In this document: one piece after another, positions 38,984 to 52,044 of the stretch
Position numbering within the stretch: the stretch's first letter is position 1
Layout: the number at the start of each line of letters is the position of its first letter
Source: Mobula hypostoma
Taxonomy: Eukaryota
Direction: 5' to 3'
Assembly (NCBI RefSeq): GCF_963921235.1
Contig: NC_086097.1
Coordinates: 198,030,001 to 198,094,000 of the forward strand
DNA length: 64,000 nucleotides
Made by a program: the position numbers and the translations under genes
Notes under the pieces: model-generated
Seen by the model: only the letters and a program-made list of their open reading frames with translations
The model's database searches: none
What the model was told of the DNA's origin: nothing

Positions 38984-41570
38984 TGTCAGAAAATGTAGAA
39001 GGGGCTTGACCCAAACACAGAGCAGCAGAGTTGACAAAGCAGTAAGCAATAATTTCAATGATAAACTGAAAAATAACAAGCCACCATGGGCCACAAAACA
39101 GGAGAGAATGGATACTACGAATGAAAAGGACTGTGGATGAGAGCTTGGCTTAAACTGGCTGCAGGTGATGAGTTGGAATCAAGTAGTAGGTGATACCCGT
39201 TAGCTGGACGGGGACTGGGAGATGCCTGCCTGAGCAGAGCTAAATGGACCCACCTCCTGTGGCCTGAACCCACCAGCCCAGGATGATCCAGGTAGGTCTG
39301 GTGGAACTGCTCGATGAGTGATGGATCCAAGATGAAACTAGACAGCACCCAAAACCTCTCCTCTGGGCCGTATCCTTCCCAGTCGATCAGGTAATGCACA
39401 CCCTGTTCACAACAACATGAATCCATCAACCAGGCCAGGCAGCGTCTATGGCAAGGAATAAGCAATCGATATTTTAGGCCAAGGCCCTTCATGATGACCA
39501 TTTTTTCCTTCCGTAGGTGCTGTGTGGCCTTCTGAGATGTGGATCAGATTGTAGAGGCTCTGTGGAGTGTTTTGAATGAACTATCCATCAGGGGAGAAGG
39601 TAGTTGTCCTTAATGGTGATTTTGTTGAGTCCACTGTAGTTGATGCAGGGATGGAGACCCCCATCTTTCTTCTTGACAAAGAAGAATCCTACACTGGCTG
39701 GACACTGGGATGGTGTAGTCCTTCAGCAAAATAGTCATTTATGCTTGGGTCATAATGGGAGAGGGAGAATAGACAACTTCAGGGATGGGTCGTGCTCTAA
39801 AGGAGGTCGATCGTGCAGTCATGTGATCTGTGAGGTGGCAGGGTGCTGGTTTCTCTTTCACTGAAGGTGATGGCTAAGTCGTGATATTCCTGTAAGAGTC
39901 TAGTGAGATTGAGAGTTTCCTCTGTCTCCACAGATTTACAGGATGAAGTCAGCTGACGTTGCAGGCAGGTAGTCCAGTAGGTGGGACCTCAACTCAGCAA
40001 TGAACCGGATAACCAGGTAGGGTGAGGGTCGTGAGTAGAGATTCACGGGTAACCCAAGATGAGTGGAGTGTTTGGTGAGTCAATAAAGAGGAATTGGATA
40101 TTCTTGCTGTGCTCTTTGATGCTCACATGCAAGGGCTGGCTGTATGCTCTGACCATCCCAGACCCCCAAGGGATGTCTGAGAAGGTCCTTTATGCAGAAT
40201 GGGTGAGAGACAGGCTTGATAGAGAGTCGAAGCTGCAAACACTGGGTCTAGTCCAGAAAGTTGACTGCTGCACCAGAATCCACTAGAGCCTCCTGTGCAC
40301 GTAGAGCTATTAGGGGTGTTCAGGAGGACAGAGAGAATGACTCAGGCTATGGTGCTGAAACAAAGGTCTGAAGGAACTTGCCATTTAGGAGGCCCCTTGT
40401 CTCTACCTGATAGTGCCATTTTCCTGGATTCTGTGGGCATTTGATGCATGACTGATCGACTGCTCTGCAGTAAGCATATGAGTGGTTTCTCTACCGATGC
40501 TCACACTCTTGGGGGGCTAAGGGAGCTCTCCATCCTCATGAGCTCTGAAGGCATTGATGATGAGGGTCCAGCAGCCTGAAATGGTTCTGGGAATGGAATT
40601 ACAGCTCTGGCTAATGATCCGGGGGTTTGTTCCATATGATACAGAGGACCAGAGTGATTAGGCTTTTGAGGTTGGTGGGCATCTCTTGGGTAGACCGCTT
40701 GACTTTCAAGTGCTCTGAGAGACCATGATGCCAATGGGTTAGCAGCACTTCCACATTCCAGCTGTACTCACTGTGAGGGTTGTGAATTCTACAGGGACAT
40801 CTAGTGCCGAGCGTGAGCCTTGACGCAGGTGACGAACCTGATTTGCTGTCCACCTTCCACTTCCTGGAAGGTCGAAAACCCAGTGCATCCTCTTATTCAT
40901 TGCAAATAGTGGATTTATTGTCCCAGCTTGTGACAGCCCAGATCAGAGCTTTCCCAGTCAAAAGAGGAATGACGAAGGCAATCTTGGCTTGGTCCGTAGA
41001 TGACAGAGGTGGCTGGAGCTTGAAGTGAAAGGTGCACTGCGACAGGAGGGTGAATCAGTGCAGTTTTCAGGCACCGGAATCTGGGGCTCCAAGAGGAGGC
41101 TGACTGGCATGGGGTTGCTGTATGGAGATGGAGAGTTGGTGGACAATGACAAGTAGATGATCAATGGTTTCCTGCTGCTTCTGGAATGTGTGCTCATGGC
41201 AATGGATGACTTCCTTCAGGTGAGAAAACTCTGCTGGGTCAATCGGTGGTTCGCTAATCCTGTCAGGAAACGTGGAAGAAGTTTGACCCAACCGCAGGCC
41301 AGCAGAGATGATTAAGCAGTGAGCAACAACTTTAATAACAAACTGGAAAATAACAAGCACAGGGGTCCACAAAGCAAGGGAGAATGGATACTTAACACAA
41401 CAAGGGAACAAGGTCACTGAAGGCTAGAAGCAGCTGGTCTGATGGGTGAATGAGGATTGTGGATGAGAGCAAGGCTGAAATAGGCTACAGTGATGAATTG
41501 GGAATGAGTGGCAGGTGACTCCTATTAGCTGGACAGAGACTGGGAGATGCTTGTCTGTGCAGGCCTGACA
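38984..41570 (-). mobile_element. Gypsy chromovirus (sushi/Tf1-like) LTR retrotransposon, internally deleted and decayed
   Basis: Two homologous LTRs (38984-~39245 and 41261-41570, the latter TGTCAGG...CCTGACA). Gag DPAEF...EPQIPVPE; protease ALVDSGAAVN (~40260-40290); RT piece [21 protein letters not shown] (~39620-39690); chromodomain [16 protein letters not shown] (~39340-39395); polypurine tract next to the 3' LTR. Confidence 0.9.
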
Positions 41571-41658
41571 TGCCAGCTGATCCCACGTCGTCATACAATT
41601 TATATACAGTTAACAGTCAATAGTCAATAGTACCAACTTACAACTCAAATGGGTAATA

Positions 41659-42018
41659 CAGTGCATTCCGGTTAATAGGGCCGTTGACTAATCAGGCCAT
41701 CCTCTTATTTTGGAAAATGCTAAACAACAAACTCTAATAAAAAAAATGACATAATTTCCTACATTTATTTGTGACACTGTGCTGCTTAACTGGGTCTGGA
41801 GACTGTTGCAAACAGGTTTAACTAGTGTCAGTTGCACAGATTTGTGTGGCCAATAGATGCTATACCGTGCTTAGAGCAAACAGTTTTTAAATAGCATCAG
41901 TGGCATAAATGTGGTTGTGTTCAAAAAGCAGTGATTTTTGTCACTGATAGTTGGCAAGAAATAAGCAGTAAGACAACTCAGAACTGTTTTGCTGTCTGTG
42001 ATTAACTTGAATGCACTG
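41659..42018. mobile_element. Tc1/mariner (Tigger-like) non-autonomous element, 360 bp
   Basis: TIRs CAGTGCATTCCGGTTAAT / ATTAACTTGAATGCACTG (16/18 match), with TA on both sides. Confidence 0.8.
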
Positions 42019-42134
42019 TATTTGGAAGGTTCACTGGAGCTGAGAGCTTTTTTTAGGATTCCTGTCTTAAAGGGAAGGTGTAAAGGTTTCAAAATTTGAG
42101 TAAAAATTAAATGAGAATACAAATTCATTAACTC

Positions 42135-42700
42135 ATGAATACAGACAAATGTGATATGAGTGGAGACAGGCTAGCCCCTTTTGACATCAATGGCACTGTA
42201 GTTGAGAGTGTGACTAGTACACATCACCAAGGATCTCACCGGGATTGTATATACCAGCTGAGCAGTGACAAAAACACAACCAAGCCTCTTACGCCTGAGA
42301 TGGCTGAAGAAGTTTGGCGTGAGTCCCCAGAGCCTCAGGGGACTCTACTCAGCACATTCACAACAGCAGCAGGAGTGTAAAAAGGGCCTGGAGGATCATA
42401 AGGGACTCCAGTCATCCCAACCACAAACCGTTTCAGCTGCTTCCGTCTGGCAAATGGTACAGCAGCATTAAGGCCAGGACCAATGGGTTCCGGGACACCA
42501 GGCCATCAGATGTATCAATACATTGTTCTGATTGCATATCTGACTGTACACACAAAACAATTATGTATATAGTCTTAGTGTTTGGGCAATGTCCTCCCAT
42601 ATTTCCCTTTTTTATTGTTTGTACATAGTGACAGAGACACAACATAAGGATTTTTACTCATGTTGTGAGTTGGATGTAAGAAATAAAATTTTAATTCTAA
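42135..42700 (+). mobile_element. Rex/Babar LINE remnant
   Basis: INGTVVESV, LKKFGVSP and QLLPSGKWYS fragments. Confidence 0.65.
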
Positions 42701-43853
42701 TTCATTTTAGGAGTACTAATGAGGCTAGGATACATACCATAAATGGCAGGGTCTTTAGAAGGACTGAGGAACATAAAGATCTTGGAGTATAAGTCCATAG
42801 AACCTTGAAGGTTGTCCAACAGGTAGAGTATATCAGAACTTCGAGAGTGTCGGGGACAGAAGTAAGTCTAGTTGGTATTGCTAAGGAGAAGATACTTGAG
42901 AAAATGAAAGGTCTGAAGGTTCTTAAGTCATCTGGACCAGATGGACTACACTCCAGGGTTCTGAAAAAGCTTGCTGAAGAGATTGTGGAGGCATTAGTAA
43001 TGATCTTTCAAGAATCACTAGATTCTGGAATGGTTCTTGAGGAATGGAAAGTTTGAAATGTCACTCCACTGCTTAAGAAGGGAGGGAGGCAGAAGAGAGG
43101 AAATTATTGGTTAGTTAGTTTCATTTCAGTGGTTGGGATGATGTTGGAGTCCATTATTAAGGATGAGGTTTCATGTTCTTGGAGGCACTTGATAAGATAA
43201 GTTAAAGTCAGCATGGTTTCCTTAAGGGGAAATCCCACCTGACAAATCTGTTCGAAATCCTTGAGGAAATATCAAGCAGGATAGACAAAGGAGAATCAAT
43301 GGATTTTGCTTAATTGGATCTTCAGAAGGCCTCTGACAAGGTACCACACATGAGGCTGCTTAACAAGGTAAGAGCCCATGGTATTACAGGAAAGACACAA
43401 GCATGGTTAGAGTAGTGGCAGCCTGGCAGGAGGAAAAGACTGGGAATAAAGGGAACCTATTCTGGTTTTACAGGATTCAGTACTGAACCACTTCCTTTCA
43501 CATTATAGGTCAACAATTTGAATAATGGAATTGATGGCTATGTGGTCAAGTTTGCAGACAATACAATGATTGGTGGAGGGGCAGATAGTGTTGAGGAGGC
43601 AGGAAGAATGCAGAAGGACTTAGACAGATTGGAAGAGTGGTCAAAGTAGCAACAGATAGAATATAGGGTAGGGAGGAGTATGGTCATGCACTTTGGCAGA
43701 AGGGATAAAGACGTAAACTATTATCTGAATGTGGAGAAAAGTCAAATTCAAATTCAAATCCCAAGTCCCTGCGCAGGATCCCCTAATAGTTAATTTGAAG
43801 GTTGAGTTGGTGGTAAGGAAAACAAATGTAATGTTAGCATTCACTTTGAGAAG

Positions 43854-44048
43854 GTCCCGATAGGTGGCACAATAATATCAGCGCTGGACTCCGGAGCGAA
43901 GGTTCCTGAGTTCGAATCCAAGTCAGGTCGAGCATCGAGCTAGCAACTTTGCCTCATAAAAACAAGAATAACTTGCTACGGAAACACCACCTTGACGGTG
44001 CCTCGATAACTCCACTACCGAGTTAAGGGCTAAAAGAAAAAGAAGAAG
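43854..44048 (+). mobile_element. tRNA-derived SINE with a (GAA)n tail (RTE-type)
   Basis: B-box GTTCGAATCC at 43910-43919; perfect 11 bp TSD ACTTTGAGAAG (43843-43853, 44049-44059). Confidence 0.88.
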
Positions 44049-44140
44049 ACTTTGAGAAGACTAGAATCTAAGAACAAGGATGTGGTGCTGAGGCTTTATA
44101 AGACATTTGTCAGACCGCACTCGGAGTATTGTAAGCAGTT

Positions 44141-45363
44141 ATATAATCATATAACCATATAACAATTACAGCACAGAAACAGGCCATCTCAGCCCTTCTA
44201 GTCCATGCCGAACTCTTACTCTCACCTAGTCCCACCGACCTGCACTCAGCCCATAACCCTCCATTCCTTTCCTGTCCATATAGCTGTGCAATTTAACTTT
44301 AAATGACAACATCGAACCTGCCTCAACCACTTCTGCTGGAAGCTTGTTCCACACAGCTACCACTCTCTGAGTAAAGAAGTTCCCCCTCATGTTACCCCTA
44401 AACCTTTGCCCTTTAACTCTCAACTCATGTCCTCTTGTTTGAATCTCCCCTACTCTCAATGGAAAAAGCCTATCCGCGTCAACTCTATCTATCCCCGTCA
44501 TAATTTTAAATACCATTATCAAGTCCCCCCTCAACCTTCTACGTTCCAAAGAATAAAGACCCAACTTGTTCAACCTTTCTCTGTAACTTAGGAGATGAAA
44601 CCTAGGTAACATTCTAGTAGATCTTCTCTGTACTCTCTCTATTTTGTTGACATCTTTCCTATAATTCAGTGACCAGAACTGTACACAATACTCCAAATTT
44701 GACCTTACCAATGCCTTGTACAATTTCAACATTTCATCCCAACTCCTATACTCAATGCTCTGATTTATAAAAACCAGCATACCAAAACCTTTCTTCACCA
44801 CCCTATCCACATGAGATTCCACCTTCAGGGGACTATGTACCATTATTCCTAGATCCCTCTGTTCTACTGCATTCTTCAATGCCCTACCATTTACCATGTA
44901 TGTCCTATTTTGATTAGTCCTACCAAAATGTAGCACCTTACATTTTTCAGCATTAAACTCCATCTGCCATCTTTCAGCCCACTCTTCTAACTGGCCTAAA
45001 TCTCTCTGCAAGCTTAGAAAACCTGCTTCATTATCCACAACTCCAACTATCTTAGTATCATCTGCATACTTATTCATCCAATTTACCACCCCATCATTCA
45101 TATCATTAATGTATATGACAAATAACATTGGACCCAGTACAGATCCCTGAGGCACACCACTAGTCACCGGCCTCCAATCTGACAAACAGTTATCCACCAC
45201 TACTCTCTGGTGTCTGCCATCCAGCCACTGTTGAATCTATTTTACGACTTCAGTATTAATACTTAATGATTGAACCTTCCTAACTAACCTTCTGTGTGGG
45301 ACCTTGTCAAAGGCCTTACTGAAGTCCATATAGACAACATCCACCGCTTTACCCTTGTCAACA
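44141..45363 (-). mobile_element. Young CR1 3' part with an uninterrupted 324 aa RT C-terminus
   Basis: ORF 44226-45200 with GVPQGSVLGP, YADDTK and LEYCVQFWS; (TTATATGG)n tail. Confidence 0.95.
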
Positions 45364-46354
45364 TTTTGGACCCCTTATCTAAGAAAAAATGTGCTAGCAT
45401 TGGAGAAGGTCCAGAGGACGTTCACAAGAATGATTCCGAGAATGAGGAGTATTTGATGGCTCTGGACCTGTACTCACTAGATTTTAGAAGAATGAGGGGG
45501 GGATCTCATTGAAGCCTATTGAATATTGAAAGGCCTAGACAGCGAGGAGGTGGAGAGGATGTTTGTTATAGTGGGTGATTCTGGGACCAAAAGCACAGCC
45601 TCAGAATAGACAGAGGTCCATTTGGAACAGAGATGAGAAAGAATTTCATTATCCAGAGGTTGGTGAATCTGTGGAATTCATTGCTATGGATGGCTGTGGA
45701 GGCCAAGTCAATGAGGGTATTTAATGCCTAGGTTGTTAATTTCTTGGTTAATCAAAGGTTACTGGGAGAAAGCAGGAGAATGGTGTGGAGAGGGATATGA
45801 AGTCAGCCATGATGGAATGGCACAGCAAACCCGATGGGCTGAGTGGCCTAATTCTGCTCCTAAGTTTTATGGTTAAATGTGCTTAGGGAGACATACGGAT
45901 AGTTGTCTTCATTCCATGGAGTATCAAATACAGAAGTGGCGAGTTTATACTTCAATTTTATAAATTCTTGGTCAGAGCTCAGCTACATGCTACGTGAAGG
46001 ATACTACAGGAAGGATGTGATTGCACTAGTGAAGATGCAGAGGGGATTTTAGCTGATGTTGCCTGGTGGGAGCAATTCAATTATAAGGAGAAACTGGAGA
46101 AGATAGGTCTGTTCTGTCTGGAGCAGAGGAGTTTAAGAAAACACATAACTGAGGTATATAAAATTATGAGAGGTATGGACAGCATAGAGTGGAGAACATT
46201 TTCCCTTTAGCATAGGTGGATAAGATGAGGGGGCATGGACTTAGGCAAAGGGGAATGAGTGACATGTTTTACTAAGAGTAAACACGTGGAAATCACTGTC
46301 TGAGAGAATGGTTGAAGCAGGTTTGCCCAGCTGATTCGTCCAGACAACATTTCC

Positions 46355-47385
46355 CAGGTAGCAAAGGACCATGTGCTTAGCTTCCTGCTCTATTCGCTTT
46401 ACGCCTATGACTATGTGGCTAAGCACAGCTCCAACACCATATTTAAATTTGCTGATGTCACTACTATACTTGACCAAATCAAAGGTGGTGATGAATCAGC
46501 ATATAGGAGGAAGATTGATAATCTGTCTGAGTGGTGCCACAACAACAACCACTCACTCAATGTCAGCAAGACCAAGAGGCTGATCATTGATTTCAGGAGG
46601 AGGAATCCGGAGGTCCATGAGCCAGTCCTCATTGGGGAATCAAAGGAGGAGAGGGTCAGCAACTTTAAATTCCTTGGTGTTGTTATTTCAGAGTAGCTAT
46701 CCTGGCCCCAGCACGAAAGTGGAGTACAAAGAAAGTACAACATCACCTCTGCTTCCTTAGGAGTTTGCGAAGATTTGGCATGACGTCAAGTACTTTGATA
46801 AACTTCTATAGATGTGTGGTGCAGAGTATATTGACTGGTTCCATCACAATCTGGTATGGAAACACCAATACCCTTGAATGGAAAATCCTACAAAAAGTCA
46901 TCAATCATGGATAAAGCACACCCCCCCCCCCACAACGCTGAGCACATCTACATGAAACGTCGTGGCAGGAAAGTAGCATCAATGATCAGGTCATGCTTTC
47001 TTCTCATTGTTACCATCAGGAAGAAGGTACGGGAGACTCAGGACTCACACCACCAGCTCCAGAAACAGTTATCACCCCCAATCATCAGGTTCTTGAACCA
47101 GCAGGGATAAATTCATTCAACTTTGCTTGCCCCATCACTGAACTGTTCCCACAGTCTATGGACTCTTCATCTCATGTTCTCAATATTTATTGCTTATTAA
47201 TTCATCAATTCTCTTTTTTGTTTGCACATTAATTGTCTACTCACCCTGTTGGATTAGGTCTTTCATTAATTCTAATACAGTTCTTAGATTTACTGAGTAT
47301 GCCCACAAGAAATTGAATCTCATGGCTGTATATGGTGACATATATATGTGCAGTACTTTGGTAATAAATTTACTTTGAACTTTGG
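46355..47385 (+). mobile_element. Rex/Babar LINE 3' part
   Basis: FKFADVTT, LNVSKTKRLIIDFR and FKFLGV; (TTTGAAC) tail. Confidence 0.88.
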
Positions 47386-48492
47386 ACAGCATTTAAGAAA
47401 TGTCTGGATGAACACTGGAATTGCCTGGGCACAGATGGCTCTGAACCATGTGATGGGTGATGAGATTAATATGGAAGGGTGTCTTCAGGTCAGCGTGGAT
47501 GAGTTAAGCAAAATGACATATTTTTATTCTATGATTCTATGAAGGCAAGCTAATCTAAAGCATCATTCTTTGAATCTACGCAAGGCATAACAATGAGACA
47601 CAGATGCAAAGCTACTAACATGTCTCATTCAGTCAATACTTGAAAATGATTTCCCTTCCAGTTGTTAGAGTGCGTCAGTAGTTAGCATCATGGTCATTTA
47701 GATATGGCTATTGCTACGGGCATACAGTGTGAAAATAAATCTTCAGTTAAACCAGTCAATAATTCTAAGAAAGTTTCCTTAGTACCATTAGCACAGGCAT
47801 AATTCCATTTTATTTCTTTTCCTACTCTCAGGTGGATAATAGAAGGAAAGAGATGTTCCAATTTCACAACAGGGTAATCTACAAAGATAGAAGGATAAAT
47901 GTAGAAACCGAGACAGTTTTTACACCGCAGAACAGGGTGTTTATGTCAAATGGAGAAAAGTAAGCCTGTATCGTAACTTGCCCATGAATGAAAGGAAATT
48001 TAAGAGAAAGACATAAGGAGCTGCCAAGTCCTTTCCCCTTTTAACTTGATTGTTTTTTAACTCTTCATTTTCCAAGAGACAGTTGATCTTGCACCTGGTG
48101 TGAGGCAGAGGATATTTCAAAGATGCAAGTAAATTAGGAGGAGCAAACCATCACTTGGCTCATATCATCTCATTGGGTGTCATATCAGGGAAGCCAAAAG
48201 AAAGCAGGGACTGTATATGTTTGAATTGCTCTTGCAAATAGAAGATTCAATATTTTGATCTAAAACCAGTGTATTACGCCTAAATAAGGCAGACTACAAC
48301 AGGATGAGAAAGGACGTGGCTAGCATAAGCTAGCAGGCTATATGGTGGGACAGTTGAAAAACAGTGGAAGGCATTGGATCAGACTTTTTATGGTGCTGAA
48401 CAAAAGTATATTCCAGTAAAATGCAAGGACGTTATGGATGGGGAGAGACTGCTTTGGATATATAAGGAAATAAAAGAAGGCATCAAACTAAA

Positions 48493-48581
48493 CTGTCTTG
48501 TCCTGCAGCGTTGACTCTCTATTCCTTTCCATAGGTGCTGCTTGACCTGCTGAGTTCTTTCAGCATTTTATGTGTATTACT
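48493..48581 (+). mobile_element. 89 bp PLE-terminus insertion
   Basis: Perfect 12 bp TSD CATCAAACTAAA (48481-48492, 48582-48593); contains the PLE terminus motif GCTGCTTGACCTGCTGAGTTC...CAGCATT. Confidence 0.78.
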
Positions 48582-49554
48582 CATCAAACTAAAAGCTCGT
48601 GCATGCAGAATCGGCAAGAGTAATGGGACACTGGAAGATGGGGAAAACTTAAAAAACAACAAAGGACCAATAAGTAAACTCTAAGGAAAGTGAAGATAGA
48701 CTAGGAAAGCAAACTAGCACAATATATAGAAGCAGATACTAAAAGGTTTTATAATGCGATAGGAAAAGGGTGGCAAAGGTGAATGTAGGTCCCTTGTGGA
48801 ATGTGGAAATAGCCAATATTGAATGATTATTTTGTCTTGTTTTTTGTGTTGGAAGACACACCTAACATGCCAAAGAGAGATGTTATAGATATGGTGGTAA
48901 GTAAGGACCTTGATGTAATCATTGTCACTGTTTGTAATGAGCAAACTAGTGGGCCTAAAGGTAGACAAGCCCCTAGTACTGATGGGATACATCCTAGGGT
49001 ACTACAAAAATGGTGGAAGTTATAGCAGACATATTTGTGATAATTTACCAAAATCCTCTAAACCCTGGGCAGGTCCCAACAGACTGGAATATAGAAAATG
49101 TCACACCATTGTTTAAAAAAAGAATGTTGGCAAAAGGCAGGTAACTATAGGCCTGCTTATTTACTGTATTATTTAACTTAGTGCCTGCTGTTATTTAACC
49201 TAATGAGTGTGGTAAGAAAACTGCTTGAAGGTAAAATTAAGGAAGAAATAGCAGGACACACTATATAGATAGAAGTGTTTCTATCAGGCAGAGATATAGA
49301 TTCATGAAGGGTAGGTTCTGCTCGACAAACACTGGAGTTCTTTAAGGATATAATGAGTGGAGTGAATATAGAGGAGCAGGAGGATATTGTATACTTGGAT
49401 TTCCAGAACACATTCATTAACGTGCTGTATAAAAGACTTATCCGTAAGATAAGGACACATGGAGTCGGGGCTAATGGACAGAGGATTTGTTAACCAATAG
49501 AAGACAGAGTTAAGGTAAGTGGATTTTCCTCTGGTTGGCAGTCAGTGGTTATTT

Positions 49555-49826
49555 ATGTATTCTTTTACTAATTGAGATACGGTGAAGAATACACCCTTGC
49601 GGCCCTTTGAGCTGCCCTGCCCAGCAATCCCCCCAGTTTTAACCCTAGCCTAATCATGGGACAATTTACAAAGACTTTGGACTGTAGGAGGAAACCAGAG
49701 CACCTGGAGGAAACCCACATGGTCACAGGGAAAACATATGAACTCCTCACAGGCAGTGGTGGGTATTAAACCTGGGTCGCTGGTACTGTAAAACATTGTG
49801 CTAAGCACTACACTACAATGCCACCA
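49555..49826 (-). mobile_element. V-SINE-like tRNA SINE
   Basis: Minus strand has a tRNA head, then GGAGTTCATATGTTTTCCCTGTGACC...GGTTTCCTCCAGGTGCTCTGGTTTCCTCC (V domain), then a CR1-like tail. Confidence 0.82.
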
Positions 49827-50609
49827 TGATTTAGGATGGAGGTGAGAAGAAACTGGTTTTCTCAGAGAGTAGTCAATCTGTGGAATTCTCTGCCCAGAGC
49901 AGCAGAAGAAGCTACCTCATTAAATCCATTTATATCACAACTACATCAATTTTTGCATAGCAGGGGAATTACAATTTATGGGGAAAAGACAAATAGGTGA
50001 AGCTGAGTCCACAGCCAGGTCAGCCATGATCTTATTGAATGGCGGAGCAGGCTCAATGGGCCAGATGGCCGACTCCTGCTCCTTTTTCTTATTATGTTCT
50101 GATGTATCATGCTTGCATCTGCATGGGTCAGCAGATTTGTGGAGTGTCATTAGAACAGCCTGAGAGAATAAGTTGGAGTTTTATTTATTTCACATCCCTG
50201 GGATAATGATCACATTTCTGGCTGTTACCCTCCAGCTCATTGTGACCTACTTTTCTGTACTAATGCTAAAGATAAAGCCATGTCAAAAAGCACAGACAAG
50301 ACAGAACAGGGGCACCATATTTTGTTGGAGGGGAGGAGGAGTTTATAAGAAAATAGAACCTACTAAACATTCCGTACAGATAAAAGGAATATTTTTGATA
50401 AATGTTAACAAAATATTTTATTTAAGTTTATGGACCCTTATTGTCTAGGTTTTGCAAATTAGTTTCAACAATATTGAAGTTTAATTAATCCTTTGATAGA
50501 TAGTATAGCAATACAGATCAATACTGATTTAATTAAATATGCATGTAATAAATGAATATAAGAGCCAATCCTATGTTTGTATACGTTTCACTCACTTTCA
50601 AATATCATA

Positions 50610-50810
50610 TTTCACACATCAACAAAAGTTGAGTTGCTTGTCGTACACAGAAGTACATGTGTGTACAGGTGTAATGAAAATCTTTCTTGCAGCAGCATCA
50701 CAGGCACATAGAATCAGGTAAGCAACACTCAAGTCATAAAACAATTTATACAGAAATTTTACAAGAAAGAATACAATTATAGCAAAAATAAAACAAAATC
50801 AAAAGCCTGT
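50610..50810 (-). mobile_element. Rex/L2-type LINE 3'UTR remnant
   Basis: TGCTGCTGCAAG...TTTTCATTACACC on the minus strand, similar to the other LINE tails in the window. Confidence 0.55.
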
Positions 50811-52044
50811 TTATTTCAATAAAATTAAAAATATAAAAAATATCCCTATAGGTTTTGTCATTGCATTAATTTATGGGTATTCCCAATCGCACTGCATCAA
50901 CATGAATACAAGTATGTACATTCTTACAGAATATTGTATGAGTTCTCTATAACTTAGGCATTACTAATGCAGAGTCTATATAAGTCATTAATGGGACCAT
51001 CAGCTTCAATGCATAATTTAGGTGATTATTTTACTCAGTCAAACTCTATTAGTGACTTTTATGTTCTAGCACTATAAGTAATAAATTATAGGTCCATAGA
51101 GAGAAGAATGGGGAGATTTACAATACTATGTATAATTATATGAATCCAAGAATAATAGCTAATTTGATTGAATAAAATTTGGTAAAGAATAATCAAATTG
51201 AGAATCACAGCATTTGAATTTCTTCAAGAAAATCAAATAACTGCAACAGATTTTTATTAATTTTAACATGTAATAGTTTTGTCTCTTTCTGTCAGTTTTT
51301 CTATAACTTGTTTTTTTTTTGGGAGCAATGATGTTAGTGATATCACCACTATTGGCTTAAAGGAGCTATTGACTGTAATTGCAAGGAAGCTAAATTAGCC
51401 TTAATACAGATTCAGCTCTAAGCTCTGGGATGACTCAGCAGCAGCCACGTATGTGCCAAATTAAAAGTGACAATAATGTCATTATGTTTAACTGAAAATA
51501 TTTTTCAAACAATACAGCAGATAAAACAAGCTCTAATTGTTTAAAACTGATATCCAAATGATTTCTGTTGATAGGATTCTCAGCAAGTTTTTATTAATTC
51601 CTTAATGACTTTAAAAGTGCTATACACCTATTTGCTTTCTTATCTTTATTATATTTTCACTGTAATTATGTTAGAATAACAAAGCATTTCACAATTAAAA
51701 CAGTCTACCTTCAAAGTCACTTCTTCATATATTATCCACAAACTAGTCATTGGCTTGAAAGTGTAGACAACATTTTACAATCAGTATATAGATGAAGCCA
51801 ATGGAGCTTATGTCTATATATTTCCAAACTCTGCAGCAAACATAGGCAAGGAAATGAAAATAAAAATCCAGAAGTTATTTGCTTTTGGGAATGCTGCACT
51901 GCATTTAGTCTCTAAGACTGCCTCATTAATAACCATCTTGAAATTACTATATTTGCATGGGAAAATCAAACTAAACCTAGCACCACTATTTAGGACAAAT
52001 TTAACAAGCACATCTGCACCTTGGATAATTTCCATGACATTCTA

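Larger units (their letters stand above)
42835..45875 (+). mobile_element. CR1 LINE, decayed, with a SINE and a younger CR1 nested inside
   Basis: KSSGPDGLH, DLQKASDKVPH and FADNT; EYC...FWTPYL is split at 44140/45364. Confidence 0.88.
42705..47542 (+). mobile_element. Old CR1 3' part in pieces (42705-42830, 45880-46345, 47385-47542), hosting younger inserts
   Basis: INGRVF...EHKDLGV resumes after 45880 (GKDVIAL...QRGF) and ends in a (TTCTATGA)n tail at ~47526-47542. Confidence 0.65.
48270..50105 (+). mobile_element. Old CR1, interrupted by a mini-PLE and a V-SINE
   Basis: TDGIHPRVL, NYRP, YLDFQN and NLWNSLP fragments; CR1 3'UTR ending near 50100. Confidence 0.8.

Noticed and set aside
41245..41480. 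Self-priming complement between the chromovirus PBS region and its LTR
   Set aside because: Only a ~5 nt match (GGATT) was found, too weak in such a decayed copy.
43854..43925. tRNA genes at the SINE heads (also 4905, 57720, 60250-60322)
   Set aside because: Cloverleaves are incomplete, and each head continues into a SINE body with a tail and/or TSD.
47832..47873. Possible 42 nt exon (good acceptor, AGG|GTAATC donor)
   Set aside because: Isolated splice-like signals with no partner exon or coding support; expected by chance.
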